Origin: Gemmatimonas sp.
Lineage (GTDB): Bacteria > Gemmatimonadota > Gemmatimonadetes > Gemmatimonadales > Gemmatimonadaceae
Assembly (NCBI GenBank): GCA_965279375.1
Contig: OZ257156.1
Location: 2,720,001 to 2,784,000 of the forward strand
Direction of reading: 5' to 3'
DNA length: 64,000 nucleotides
Every line of letters begins with the position of its first letter. Position 1 is the stretch's first letter. A model generated the notes under the pieces. It was not told where the DNA came from. It saw only the letters and a list, made by a program, of their open reading frames with translations, and ran no database searches. Positions 31,568 through 41,676 of this stretch are shown here, piece after piece. The translations under genes were made by a program, and so were the position numbers.

Positions 31568-33487
31568 TTACCCCTCGGCGTCGGTTTCCGGGGCGATCAC
31601 GCGCGGCGGACGCTTGGCGTGCTGCATGCGCTCGGCGCGTTCCGACCACTCCGCCTTTCCTTCGGCGCGCTCACGCACCGGGCGGTCGCCAAAGGCGAGA
31701 CGCGCCTCATCCGCACGCACGGGGCCACGTCCGGCGCCGCCACGCGGCGGTCCCGAACGCGGACCACGATCTCCACCGCGCTCGCCGCCGCGGTCAGGGC
31801 CACGGCTGGCACCGCGTTCGCCGCGATCGTCGCGTCCACCTTCGCGGGGTGTCCACTCACGCGGGCCGCTGCTGCGCGGCGCACGCTCACCACGCTCCCC
31901 ACGGTCGCTGCGATCGAAGCTGCGCACCGGACGATCGCCACCACGCGCACTGCCAGACCGATCGCCGCGATCGCCACGATCCGCGCGCGGCGGACCGAAC
32001 GTGCGCTCCTTGCGCGGGGCACGCTCGCCACCGCGTTCGTCGATGCGCGCGCTCAGACGGCGGCCGCGCAACGTGGAATCGGAAAGCGCCGCCACAACCT
32101 TCGCCGCGTCTTCTGCGGCGAGTTCGACGATGCTGTGCGACTCGAACAGCTCCACCGTTCCGATCCGTTCGCCGGGGATGCCGGCTTCGTTGGCAACCGC
32201 GCCGACGATGTCACCGACGCGCACCATGTCGCGCTTGCCGACGGCGAGAAATACGCGCGCCTGACCGGGACTGCCGACGTTACCCGACACCACCGCCAGT
32301 CCACCGCGCGACGGTGCGGCCGGCGCGACGCGCGCCGATGCGTTGGCGACCTTGGCGCGGAGCGTTACCGCGTCGCGGCGGGCGCCTTCAAACAGACGCA
32401 GCGCGGCGGCCGCGATCTCGAGAGCATCGTGCGTGTCGAGGAGCGGCGCGAGCAGCGCCATCTCGCTCGCCGAGGCACCGCCGGCGTTGGCCAGCGTCGC
32501 ACGCAATGCGGTGCGCAACGCGCGCGTGCGGCTTTCGGCGGCTTCTTTGCGGACCGGCGGCGTCCAGACTTCGGCGAGGCCGTTGGTCAGGCGACGGAAT
32601 GCCGGCAACTCGTCGGGGAGGAGCAGCGCGACCGCGTCCACCGGACGCGTGGCGATCGCTTCGGCGAGCGCTTCGGCCGTCGCTGGCGTCTCCCACAGTA
32701 CGACGAGCGAGACGTGCTGCGACGTCGGCTGCTTGACCACCTGCACCGCGTGTCCATCGACCGTGAGGCCAAGGCGCTCGAGCGACTGCTGGGCATCGCG
32801 CATGCCGTGGTCCGTTGCGGCCACGACCACGAGCGACGGCGGGTCGGTGGCATCGAGCACAGCGCGCAGCGTGTCGGCGCGGCCGGCTGCGGTGGTGATG
32901 GCGTAGCTCGGCGTCATTGCGAGCGGCGTGTCGCTGGCCAGCGAGAGCGAGAGACGGCGGGCGCGGCGGAGATACGCTTCGAGAAACGCCTCGGTTTCCG
33001 GCGTGTCTTCTTCGATGGTGACGACGCGCTGCAGTTCGTCCGGCGCATCGCCGAGCAGGGCGCGAATGGATTCTTCGCCGCCGTCGCGCAGGATGTCATC
33101 GAGGCCGATGACGATGGCAGCGCGGAGCGATTCGAGACTGAACGCGGATGCGCGGCGCAGCTCGAGGAGGTCGGAGGCGGTGCCGACGATCACGGCGACC
33201 GGGCCCGAGGCGATCACGCGCTTGGCGCGGGCCACGGCGCTGACGGGCACGACACGCAGGGTGTCGTTGGCCAGGAGCAGGCGGGCCTGCTCGGCGGCGC
33301 TGAGCGCCTGTTCGATGGAGGGGGTGACGACGATGCACGCTGGCGCGGTGCCGTCCTGTTCACGACTGCGCTCCAACCCCGAGCGCATGGCGGCGGACAT
33401 CGTCCGCACATCGGCTGGACCTTGCAGCACCACATGCTGGCTGCGCGTTGCCCCGGCCCCCGGGGTCTCCCGTTCTTGCTCGCCCAC
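31568..33487 (-). CDS. DbpA-type RNA-binding-domain protein with a degenerate DEAD-box-like core (pseudo-helicase)
   Basis: C-terminal FLAVGKRDMVRVGDIVGAVANEAGIPGERIGTVELFESHSIVE plus an RG-rich tail. N-terminal remnants VVTPSIEQA, VIVGTASDL, SLESLRAAIVIGLDDIL. Confidence 0.8.
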   Translation of the reverse strand: MGEQERETPGAGATRSQHVVLQGPADVRTMSAAMRSGLERSREQDGTAPACIVVTPSIEQALSAAEQARLLLANDTLRVVPVSAVARAKRVIASGPVAVIVGTASDLLELRRASAFSLESLRAAIVIGLDDILRDGGEESIRALLGDAPDELQRVVTIEEDTPETEAFLEAYLRRARRLSLSLASDTPLAMTPSYAITTAAGRADTLRAVLDATDPPSLVVVAATDHGMRDAQQSLERLGLTVDGHAVQVVKQPTSQHVSLVVLWETPATAEALAEAIATRPVDAVALLLPDELPAFRRLTNGLAEVWTPPVRKEAAESRTRALRTALRATLANAGGASASEMALLAPLLDTHDALEIAAAALRLFEGARRDAVTLRAKVANASARVAPAAPSRGGLAVVSGNVGSPGQARVFLAVGKRDMVRVGDIVGAVANEAGIPGERIGTVELFESHSIVELAAEDAAKVVAALSDSTLRGRRLSARIDERGGERAPRKERTFGPPRADRGDRGDRSGSARGGDRPVRSFDRSDRGERGERAPRSSGPREWTPREGGRDDRGERGASRGPDRGGERGGDRGPRSGPPRGGAGRGPVRADEARLAFGDRPVRERAEGKAEWSERAERMQHAKRPPRVIAPETDAEG

Positions 33488-33663
33488 GTCCCGCTCCCTT
33501 TCAATTGTCTGTCAGCCTGACCGCCCAACGGCCAGTTCTCTGTCGCACCAGTGCGGTGCGTGGCGCACGCCTTTCGGCGCCGCTTATGTTGCGGGTGCCC
33601 AACACCCGCTGAGACAACCTAGTCGAGCCGGGCGCCGATCTCTACCTCACACCGAACGTGACC

Positions 33664-34863
33664 ATGCCGCTCGTCTTCCAGCCGTCGGACAACATCGCCC
33701 GCATGAAGGAGTCCGCGACGCTTGCCGTCGCGGCCAAGGCACGGGCGCTCAAGGCCGCGGGGAAGCCGATCATCGATCTGGGCGCGGGCGAGCCGGACTT
33801 CGACACGCCGCTGTTCATTCGCGAGGCGGCGGTGAAGGCGCTGGCCGAGGGTGCGACGCGCTATACGGCCACGGAAGGAATCCTGCCGCTGCGTGAGGCC
33901 ATCGCCGCCGACGCCAACCGCTCGCTGCACGCCGGGATGCCGGTCACGGCCGCCGAAGTGGTGGTGAGCAACGGCTCCAAGCAGTCGCTCTACAACGCCT
34001 GCGTGTGCTGCTTTGGCCCCGGTGACGAAGTGCTGGTGCCGACGCCGGCGTGGACGAGCTACTACGAGATGATCGAACTGGCGCGCGCGGTCTCGGTGCC
34101 GGTGTTTGGCGACGAAGCGAACTCGCTCAAGGTGACCGTGGCGCAGCTCGAGGCGGCCGCCACGCCGCGTACGCGCGGACTCATGATCTGCTCGCCCAGC
34201 AATCCCACCGGTGCCGTTTACACGAAGGATGAACTGACGGCGATTCTCGAACTCGCCGCCGAACACAACTGGTGGGTGATCTCCGACGAGATCTACCTGC
34301 GTATTGCCTACGATGCACCGGCGCATTCGGCGCTGTCGCTCGCTCCCTCGCGCGACAACCTCATCGTGATCAACGGCGTCGCCAAGGCGTATGCGATGAC
34401 CGGCTGGCGTATTGGCTGGACGATCGCACCTGTGGCCGTGAGCAAGGCGATGACGGCGTTCCAGTCGCATGCGACGTCGAATGCGGCGGCGGTATCGCAG
34501 TACGCGGCGCTCGCCGCGATCTCGCGCCGCGAAGAGGCGGATGCGGCGGTCAATCACATGGTCAGCGAATTCCATCGCCGCCGTGATGCGGTGCTCGATG
34601 CACTCAAGGCATTCCCGACGGTGCGCTACGTGCATCCGGCGGGCGCGTTCTACCTGTACGTGAACGTCGAGGGCTTCGAGGGTGCCGCCGACCCGGGTGC
34701 CGCGTTTGCGGCAGCGGTGCTCGAGCGCGAGAACGTGGCCGTGGTGCCGGGCGGCGCGTTCCTCACGCCCAACTGGATTCGCATGAGCTACGCCACCACG
34801 CAGGAGATCGCCGTCGAAGGGATCACGCGCATCGCGCGCTGTCTCACCGGCACTCGCGCCTGA
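33664..34863 (+). CDS. Class I/II PLP aminotransferase (aspartate aminotransferase-like)
   Basis: GAGEPDFDTP, GSKQSL, SPSNPTG, SDEIY, NGVAKAYAMTGWRIG. Confidence 0.94.
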   Translation: MPLVFQPSDNIARMKESATLAVAAKARALKAAGKPIIDLGAGEPDFDTPLFIREAAVKALAEGATRYTATEGILPLREAIAADANRSLHAGMPVTAAEVVVSNGSKQSLYNACVCCFGPGDEVLVPTPAWTSYYEMIELARAVSVPVFGDEANSLKVTVAQLEAAATPRTRGLMICSPSNPTGAVYTKDELTAILELAAEHNWWVISDEIYLRIAYDAPAHSALSLAPSRDNLIVINGVAKAYAMTGWRIGWTIAPVAVSKAMTAFQSHATSNAAAVSQYAALAAISRREEADAAVNHMVSEFHRRRDAVLDALKAFPTVRYVHPAGAFYLYVNVEGFEGAADPGAAFAAAVLERENVAVVPGGAFLTPNWIRMSYATTQEIAVEGITRIARCLTGTRA

Positions 34864-34924
34864 CGATCGTTAGCGTCTTGTCTTACTTCCCCTCACTCGA
34901 TCGCACGCGCGACGAGGAGTATCG

Positions 34925-35203
34925 ATGATCACGACGATCGTTCTCGTCGAAGTGCATCCCAAGCACATTCCCGCCTGCGCGACGGCGCTGGCCAGCATTC
35001 CGGGCGTCGCCGAGGTCTACTCGGTGTCCGGGAAGTGGGACCTGGTGGTCATCCTGCGGGTGCGCGATCTCGAGAGCATCGCCACGGTGGTGACGCAGGA
35101 GTTCGCGCATGTGCCGGGCATCGAGCGGACGGAGACGCTCACGGCGTTCCGCGCCTACGGCAAGCACGACCTCGAGCAGGCGTGGGACATCGGCATCGAG
35201 TGA
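34925..35203 (+). CDS. Stand-alone Lrp/AsnC ligand-binding (RAM) domain protein
   Basis: IPGVAEVYSVSGKWDLV...GIERTETL; no HTH; GAGGAG RBS. Confidence 0.88.
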   Translation: MITTIVLVEVHPKHIPACATALASIPGVAEVYSVSGKWDLVVILRVRDLESIATVVTQEFAHVPGIERTETLTAFRAYGKHDLEQAWDIGIE

Positions 35204-35213
35204 GGCGGTCGCG

Positions 35214-36194
35214 CTAGCCTTGGCAGCGCGTCCGGTTGTAGCGCGTCGTTTCCAGCCACACCTCGCCGTCGTACTTGAGCACCATCGTCAGCAACGGTGC
35301 GACCTTGCCGCGCGCGCCAAAAAGAATCTCGGGGCGCCCGTCACCGTCCACGTCCACGTGATCCAGGTAGGCGAGACGCGGCGTGGTCTTGGCGTTGCCC
35401 ACCGTCGCGTAGATCCAGGTGGTCCGATAGCCGAACATGGCATAATCGAGCACCATCGCCACGTTACGCGGGCGCTGACCGTCCAGCAGCGTGGTGTCGG
35501 GCAGCACCTCGGGGTCTTCGTAGACCACCACCAGCGTGGGGTGCTTGCCGAGTCCGTTGTTGACCTGCCGGACGGTGCGTGTGTAGTGCGAGAGTGCGGA
35601 GATGGGAATGCCGGCGCGCGGCGTGACCAGCGTGGAGAGATTCGCCAGTGCCGCGGACATCTGCGCCTCGTTGAAGAACTGCAACGGGGCTATGGCCGGG
35701 CGGGCGCTGGTCGTCAGGATGCGCACGCCCTCCGGCAGCTTTGCCAGTCCGCTCGGCACAATCACCTGACAGTTGGGAATCGAGTCGAGCGGCGGGCCGG
35801 ACTCGCCCCACATGCCGCGCGTCATCGTCACCGGCGGCAGGCTGCGCCCGTCCTTGACGGGGACCAGCGTGTTGGGATTGTGGAGGGCGAGCAAATCCAA
35901 TGCCTTCCAACCGCGATCGCCGAGTCGCAGCGGCGTGAAGCCCTTCGGCCCGATCGTTGCGAGCGGTACGATCTCGGCCCCCTTGTCCGTATCGATCACC
36001 CGGTAGAGCACTTGCGGGTCGCTGAAAATCTTGGCGCTGTCTGACCGCCAAACCGGATCGAACTCCTCCGTCTCGCCCAGCATGCGCTTCAGGCGCTGCT
36101 TCACCTTTCCGCACGACGTCGCGAATGGCAGTACTGCGACGAGGAGCAACGTGAGGGCACGCGCCGGACGGGGGACGAGGACAGCGAAACGCAT
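35214..36194 (-). CDS. Hypothetical lipoprotein with a C-terminal FG-GAP-like DxDGDG loop
   Basis: MRFAVLV...LPFATSC lipobox; DHVDVDGDGRPEILF. Confidence 0.72.
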   Translation of the reverse strand: MRFAVLVPRPARALTLLLVAVLPFATSCGKVKQRLKRMLGETEEFDPVWRSDSAKIFSDPQVLYRVIDTDKGAEIVPLATIGPKGFTPLRLGDRGWKALDLLALHNPNTLVPVKDGRSLPPVTMTRGMWGESGPPLDSIPNCQVIVPSGLAKLPEGVRILTTSARPAIAPLQFFNEAQMSAALANLSTLVTPRAGIPISALSHYTRTVRQVNNGLGKHPTLVVVYEDPEVLPDTTLLDGQRPRNVAMVLDYAMFGYRTTWIYATVGNAKTTPRLAYLDHVDVDGDGRPEILFGARGKVAPLLTMVLKYDGEVWLETTRYNRTRCQG

Positions 36195-36330
36195 TGAGGG
36201 GAAATCGGATTGAGACGGTGAACAGGAAGTCGTATGGCGAAGTCTAGCGACCACCGAGCGATCGTGCGTCCGTCGAGCGTGACGTGACGGCGACACGTGA
36301 CCGAGAGAGCACGCATTGTGAGCACGACGT

Positions 36331-37428
36331 GTGGTCGCTACCCTCCCGTTCGTGTTAGACGAGCGAGACGGTCCATTGGGTCACGAACGCGCCGACGCGA
36401 GCGCCGATAGCGCGCTGGCGCTGCCAGCGGTCCTGCGCGCGCTGCGGCCGATCGTTGGCGACGGGGCGGTGATGGCCGCGGGGAGCGCGCCGGCCCTCGA
36501 GCGGCTGTCTGTCTCCGCCGATCCGCCCAGTGTCTCCCGCTGCGACCCGCTGGAGCGGGATGGCGCGCGGGCTGTCTCGATGCAAGCGCCGACTGCCGTG
36601 CGGGCGTTTCTGGACGGCATCCAGCGCAGCCGCCTGGTTGGGCATGTGGGCGGCGCGCCGCTTGTCTTTGGCACAGTCGCCGCGGTGGTGCGCCAGCGCG
36701 AGAATCGTCGGCTCGTCACATGGCAGACCCCGCGTATCCGGCGCGCACTCTTCGCCTCGCGCGTGCAGCTGGGAGAAGCGGTCTGGTCGCGGCTCCGCCA
36801 GACCGCCATTCCGCTCGTGGACGTGACGGAGTCGACACCCGAGGACGCGGTGTCCCCGCATCCGATGGCGATTCGGGCGCGGGCGCTCGAACTGGTGGCG
36901 CTCGAACGCGAACAGGCCGAACGACAGCTCGCGGCGGCATGGTGTGCGTCCGAGCGCGACTGGCTGTGGGTGGACGGCGGCATCGCCGGCAATCTGGCCA
37001 TCGACGAGAACGCGACCGCGTTTGGCGTGGTGAAGTCGCACAACACGCTCTACGGTGATACGGCATCGGTGCGCGCCGTGCTTGCCCTGCGCACGGGGGA
37101 ACGCTCGCCGGCCTTTCTCGCGGGACATCGACCGCGTCGCGCCGTCGCCAGCTGGTACGTCCGGTTGCGCGATGCCTCCAACGGCGATCCGTTACACGGA
37201 CTCGTACGCGTGGAAGTGGCTCCGCCGGTCGCGTTGCTCGACAGTGTCGAGGGTAGCATCGCACGCCAACGGGCACTCGAGGAATTCTCGGCGCACGTTG
37301 ATCAACTCTCGTCGTGGATTCTCGCGGAGCGCGCGCCGCTTGCACTCCCCGATCCCCGCTGGGACACGCTCACCTACGGCGTGTATGCCTGCGAGCAGTA
37401 CCTCAAGTCCATCATCGGTTCCTCGTGA
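36331..37428 (+). CDS. nurA: NurA-family 5'-3' nuclease (bacterial type)
   Basis: Two acidic motifs FLDGIQR and WVDGGI, plus GVVKSH, GERSPAF, SWYVRL, GLVRVE, DPRW...EQYL; directly upstream of herA. Start uncertain. Confidence 0.8.
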   Translation: MVATLPFVLDERDGPLGHERADASADSALALPAVLRALRPIVGDGAVMAAGSAPALERLSVSADPPSVSRCDPLERDGARAVSMQAPTAVRAFLDGIQRSRLVGHVGGAPLVFGTVAAVVRQRENRRLVTWQTPRIRRALFASRVQLGEAVWSRLRQTAIPLVDVTESTPEDAVSPHPMAIRARALELVALEREQAERQLAAAWCASERDWLWVDGGIAGNLAIDENATAFGVVKSHNTLYGDTASVRAVLALRTGERSPAFLAGHRPRRAVASWYVRLRDASNGDPLHGLVRVEVAPPVALLDSVEGSIARQRALEEFSAHVDQLSSWILAERAPLALPDPRWDTLTYGVYACEQYLKSIIGSS

Positions 37429-37461
37429 TGTTTTCAAGTTGTTCCTGACCAGCTGCCCGCC

Positions 37462-39453
37462 GTGAACACGCCCACACCACCAGACGTCACCAACGCCACG
37501 CGCCTTCCACTCGGCCGCGTCGTCGCGACCGAGCGCAAGCCGAACACGCCGCACGAGTTCCACTTCTGGACCGCGATCGATGCGCCGGTTGGCATCGGCA
37601 CGATCGTGTGCGTGGAGGGGCCAGTGCCGGTGGGCGCGGTGATTCCGCGCGTCTACGGCGTGGTGATGGAAGGCTTCAGCTACTCGGATCTGCAGTCGCC
37701 GCTGCACGACGTACTGGGACACGATGGGCAGCCGAGCGGAAGCGCGTTTGCCGCGACGGACCGAACGGAGATTCGGCTGTACACCGCGCAGGTCCTGCGG
37801 CATGTGCCTGAGGAACCGCTGCAGCCGGTTCCACTAGGCGCTGTGTATCTCGCGGATGATGCCGACGTGGCCGTGGCGCTGCGCATGGACAGCTACATCA
37901 CCAACGAGCCAACGACTGGCATCCCCATCGGAGTGTATCGCGCGGGCGGCATGCGCTCACCGATTTTCGTCGACGCGGATTTTCTCGTTGGGCCCGAGGC
38001 CGCGCATCTGAACATCTCCGGTGTGTCGGGGCTCGCCACGAAGACGAGCGCAATCGAGTGGATCCTGCAGAGCATCTTTGCGCACTTCCCCGCGCATCGT
38101 GGCACCGTTGCCGCACTCTGCTTCAACGTGAAGGGTCCGGACCTCTGCTTTCTCGACCAGCCGGGACAGCTGCAGGACGCCGATCGCGAGCTGTACGAAC
38201 TGCTCGACGTGCCCGCGATACCGTTTCAGGATGTGCAGTACTTCGCCCCGTACACGGCGCGTGGCCTCGCGCTCAACACGCTGCGCACGCACCCGGATCT
38301 CGTGGACAGCGTGTCGCCACTGACGTGGGGGCTGAACGAAGTGCTGCAGTTCGCGGAAGTGCTGCTCAACAAGGACGACGTGGACGCCAAGGCCGACGCC
38401 TTGATCGACTTCATTCGCGAACGTGTGGTCGGCAAGGACCTCGAAGAAGCGGGCTTCGCGCGTGTGCATCGCGTGCAGTCGTTCGCCGATCTCGACGCAT
38501 GGTTCCGCGAAGTGCTGCGCAAAGTGGAAGACTCCAACGGCGACACGTGGCGTACGCATCACGCGGCGACGATTCGCAAGGTCCGCAATCGCCTCAGCAA
38601 TCTCTCCACGCGCTGCGCCGGTCTCGTCACCGACGACGGCGTGGTGTCGGATCTGCCGTTCGGCGCGTTCACCGATCGTACGGTGTATGTGGTGGACGTC
38701 GCGAACGTCGAGGAGAGCGCGCAGGATCTCGTCTTCGCGCGCACCGTCTCCAAGCTGCGCGAACATCTCGAGCGACGAGATCTTGGCGTCGATCATGTGA
38801 TCGTCTTCGTGGATGAGCTCAACAAGTACGCGCCGGGCGACGGACCCGACACGTACGTGCGCAAGATGCTGCTCGACATCGCCGAACGCGGTCGGTATCT
38901 GGGGCTCGTCCTTTTTGGCGCACAGCAGTTCCGTTCGCAGGTGCATCGTCGCGTGGTGGGCAATGCGGGCACCACGCTCTATGGCCGCATGGACGGTGAC
39001 GAACTGGCGTCCCCCGGGTATCAGGTGCTGAGTCCTGCCGTGAAGGCACGACTCGCCACGCTCGAGAAGGGACAACTGATGGTGCGTCATCCGCATTTCG
39101 CGCAGCCGGTGTTCGTGCGATTCCCTCGTCCCGCTGTGATGAGTGGTCGCGAAGGTGTGGAGCGATTCCCGCAGGCACCTGAGCCATCTGTGGCACATGC
39201 GGTCACGCGGGACCTTCGGCGACTCGATGGTGGTATCGAACTGGGTTGGGTGCAGCAAACCATTCTGCTGTACGAAGAGAGCGAGGTGTTGGCCGCGCGG
39301 AACGCCGTCATGCGGCGACGTCCCGAGGACGTGAAGGCGACGTTCGCTCGTGAACTGCAGCGGCGTGCGAGACCAGGTGCGGTAGACGCGGAAGCCATCG
39401 CGCCCCGACCGAGGACGCTGCGCGCATTCTCCCCGGAGGAGTACGGTGGCTAG
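37462..39453 (+). CDS. herA: HerA-family ATPase/DNA translocase
   Basis: N-terminal HAS-barrel-like region, deviant Walker A HLNISGVSGLATKTS, FNVKG, Walker B VFVDELNKYAP, ERGRYLGLVLFGAQQ. Confidence 0.9.
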   Translation: MNTPTPPDVTNATRLPLGRVVATERKPNTPHEFHFWTAIDAPVGIGTIVCVEGPVPVGAVIPRVYGVVMEGFSYSDLQSPLHDVLGHDGQPSGSAFAATDRTEIRLYTAQVLRHVPEEPLQPVPLGAVYLADDADVAVALRMDSYITNEPTTGIPIGVYRAGGMRSPIFVDADFLVGPEAAHLNISGVSGLATKTSAIEWILQSIFAHFPAHRGTVAALCFNVKGPDLCFLDQPGQLQDADRELYELLDVPAIPFQDVQYFAPYTARGLALNTLRTHPDLVDSVSPLTWGLNEVLQFAEVLLNKDDVDAKADALIDFIRERVVGKDLEEAGFARVHRVQSFADLDAWFREVLRKVEDSNGDTWRTHHAATIRKVRNRLSNLSTRCAGLVTDDGVVSDLPFGAFTDRTVYVVDVANVEESAQDLVFARTVSKLREHLERRDLGVDHVIVFVDELNKYAPGDGPDTYVRKMLLDIAERGRYLGLVLFGAQQFRSQVHRRVVGNAGTTLYGRMDGDELASPGYQVLSPAVKARLATLEKGQLMVRHPHFAQPVFVRFPRPAVMSGREGVERFPQAPEPSVAHAVTRDLRRLDGGIELGWVQQTILLYEESEVLAARNAVMRRRPEDVKATFARELQRRARPGAVDAEAIAPRPRTLRAFSPEEYGG

Positions 39454-39471
39454 GGGTCAGGTAGTCGAGCG

Positions 39472-40362
39472 GTGAATACAGCAGGCAAGCGGGCCCTCGT
39501 CCTCGCGGCGATGCTTGGCATGCAAGGCATGCCGGTGGCAGCGCTCGATGCCCAGAGTGCGCGTGGCGCCGAGTCGGTGCAGTTGGTCGTGCGTCCACAC
39601 GTTGGTGATACGCTCTGGCTGCTGATGGAGCAGAGCATCGAAGTGCGCGCGAGTGCCGCCGTGGCGGGCCCGAGGCGCACACGCCCGTTCGAGCGGCCAG
39701 CGCGGATGCAACTGTTTGCACATACCACGGTGGAATCGGGCGACCTTGCCGCGACCACGATGATCGCGACGACCGACTCGATGCTGCTCACCTCCGCAAC
39801 GAGTTCGGCGGTGAGTGCGCCGACGGGCGCATCCGCGAACGACGAACCGACTGCACGACGCATGTTCTCTGCGGCCGATGGTCGGCAACTGCGTGTGCGC
39901 GTCGCGCCGGACGGTGCCATGCGCATCAACGATCCGCCGCCGTCGGCGATCGACCTTGGTTCCACGCTGTCGGCGATGCCGGGCATGCTCCCCGATCGTC
40001 CCGTGCGCGTCGGCGATCAGTGGGACCGTGATATCCCGCTCCCTTCGGTCCCCATCAACGGTTTCCGCGCCGACGGCGTGCTACGCACCCGTTTCAGATT
40101 GGACTCGCTTACTCGGCGAGGCCGACAGGCGTGGATCTCAATGGAGGGCACGCTGCAGCGCAGCGGCGGTACTCGCGAACTTCCGGTGGGCACGCGTGCG
40201 GTCTCGGAAGGATCGGTGCGCGGCACGCTCGTCGTCGATCGCGATCGGGGGTGGATCGTGGATGCGCGCACCGTCATCGATGTGCAGGTGGAGCCGACGA
40301 TCGGTGCGGCCGGCGCCACGCCGTTCGATTTGCGGATTCTCCAGCGCGTCCGCGCGCGCTAG
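39472..40362 (+). CDS. Exported beta-rich hypothetical protein
   Basis: Sec-type signal peptide ending ALDA/QS; LPDRPVRVGDQW; alternating strands. Fills the herA-mre11 gap on the same strand. Confidence 0.72.
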   Translation: MNTAGKRALVLAAMLGMQGMPVAALDAQSARGAESVQLVVRPHVGDTLWLLMEQSIEVRASAAVAGPRRTRPFERPARMQLFAHTTVESGDLAATTMIATTDSMLLTSATSSAVSAPTGASANDEPTARRMFSAADGRQLRVRVAPDGAMRINDPPPSAIDLGSTLSAMPGMLPDRPVRVGDQWDRDIPLPSVPINGFRADGVLRTRFRLDSLTRRGRQAWISMEGTLQRSGGTRELPVGTRAVSEGSVRGTLVVDRDRGWIVDARTVIDVQVEPTIGAAGATPFDLRILQRVRAR

Positions 40363-40436
40363 CACGCATCCCGCGCGACGAAGACGCGCGCTCCTCCGCG
40401 CTCCCGGGGGCATGGACGAGGGCGCTAGCTTGAGGG

Positions 40437-41639
40437 ATGCGACTCGTCCACCTCTCCGACCTGCACCTGGGCTTCCGGCAGTATCAGCGGCTGACGCCGG
40501 GTGGCATCAATCAGCGTGAGGCAGATGTGGGCGACACGTTCCAGCGTGCGATCAAGCAGATCGCCGAGCTGGCGCCCGACGTGATCGTTGTAGGCGGTGA
40601 CGTCTTTCACACGGTACGTCCCTCCAATCCGGCCATCCTGCGCGCGTTTCGCGTCTTCGCGGCGCTACGCGACCAGCTTCCCGACACGCCGGTCATCATG
40701 GTCGCCGGCAATCACGACGCCCCACGCACCACGGAAACCGGCTGTATCCTGCGTCTCTTCCGCGAGCTGGGTGTGTACGTGGCCGATGCCAAGGCCGAGC
40801 TGTTCACCTTTCCCTCGCGCTCGCTGGCCATCCTCGCTGTGCCCGACGTGCCGGGGATGGATCGGCCGCCGCTGCTCCCGCCCGAGGGGTTCGAGCACCG
40901 CGTGTTGCTGCTGCACGGCGAGGTCGCCGGCATGCTCCCCGCGCACGCCGCGCCCGCCGATCGTGCGGCCATCGAAATCCGCACCGAGGAGCTGCACGCC
41001 GAACAGTGGAGCTACATCGCACTGGGCCACTACCACGTCTATCGCGAAGTGGCGACGCGCGCGTACTACAGCGGGTCGCTCGACTACACGAGTTCCAACC
41101 CGTGGGGCGAGCTTCGAGAAGAGCGTGAGAATCGCGTCCCGGGCAAAGGGTTCATCGAGCACGATCTGCGCACGGGCGCGCATCGGTTTCATCCCGTTGC
41201 TCCATCTCGACCGCTGCTCGACCTCGAACCGATCGACGCCGACGGCATGGGCGCCGCAGAGGTGGATGCGGCACTCAGCGCGCGCATCGAGAGTGTCGCC
41301 GGCGGCATCGACGATCACGTGGTGCGAGCCGTGGTGCGCAACATTCCGCGCCACATCGTGCGCGATCTCGACCACGTCGCGCTGCGCGAGTATCGCAAGC
41401 GCGCGATGCACTTCCACCTCGACACGCGCCGCCCCGAACCCGTGCGCCGCAAAGGGGGCGGGGAAGGAGCACCGGGACGCAGGGCAACGCTACCGGAACT
41501 CGTTGCTGATCGACTGCAGGAGCGCGTGCTGCCACCAGAAGTCGATCGCGACACGCTGGTGACGCTGGGGCTCCGCTACTTGCAGCAAGCCGAGGAAGCC
41601 GCCGTGGCTGCGCTCCCCGTGACGGACGGCGTGCAATGA
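40437..41639 (+). CDS. sbcD: Mre11/SbcD metallophosphoesterase nuclease
   Basis: SDLHLG, GGDVFH, AGNHD, LLHG, ALGHYH, YSGS, KGF. Confidence 0.93.
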   Translation: MRLVHLSDLHLGFRQYQRLTPGGINQREADVGDTFQRAIKQIAELAPDVIVVGGDVFHTVRPSNPAILRAFRVFAALRDQLPDTPVIMVAGNHDAPRTTETGCILRLFRELGVYVADAKAELFTFPSRSLAILAVPDVPGMDRPPLLPPEGFEHRVLLLHGEVAGMLPAHAAPADRAAIEIRTEELHAEQWSYIALGHYHVYREVATRAYYSGSLDYTSSNPWGELREERENRVPGKGFIEHDLRTGAHRFHPVAPSRPLLDLEPIDADGMGAAEVDAALSARIESVAGGIDDHVVRAVVRNIPRHIVRDLDHVALREYRKRAMHFHLDTRRPEPVRRKGGGEGAPGRRATLPELVADRLQERVLPPEVDRDTLVTLGLRYLQQAEEAAVAALPVTDGVQ

Positions 41640-41676
41640 GTCGCGCTCGTACCGGTGGGCTGCGTGCGAAGCGGGA

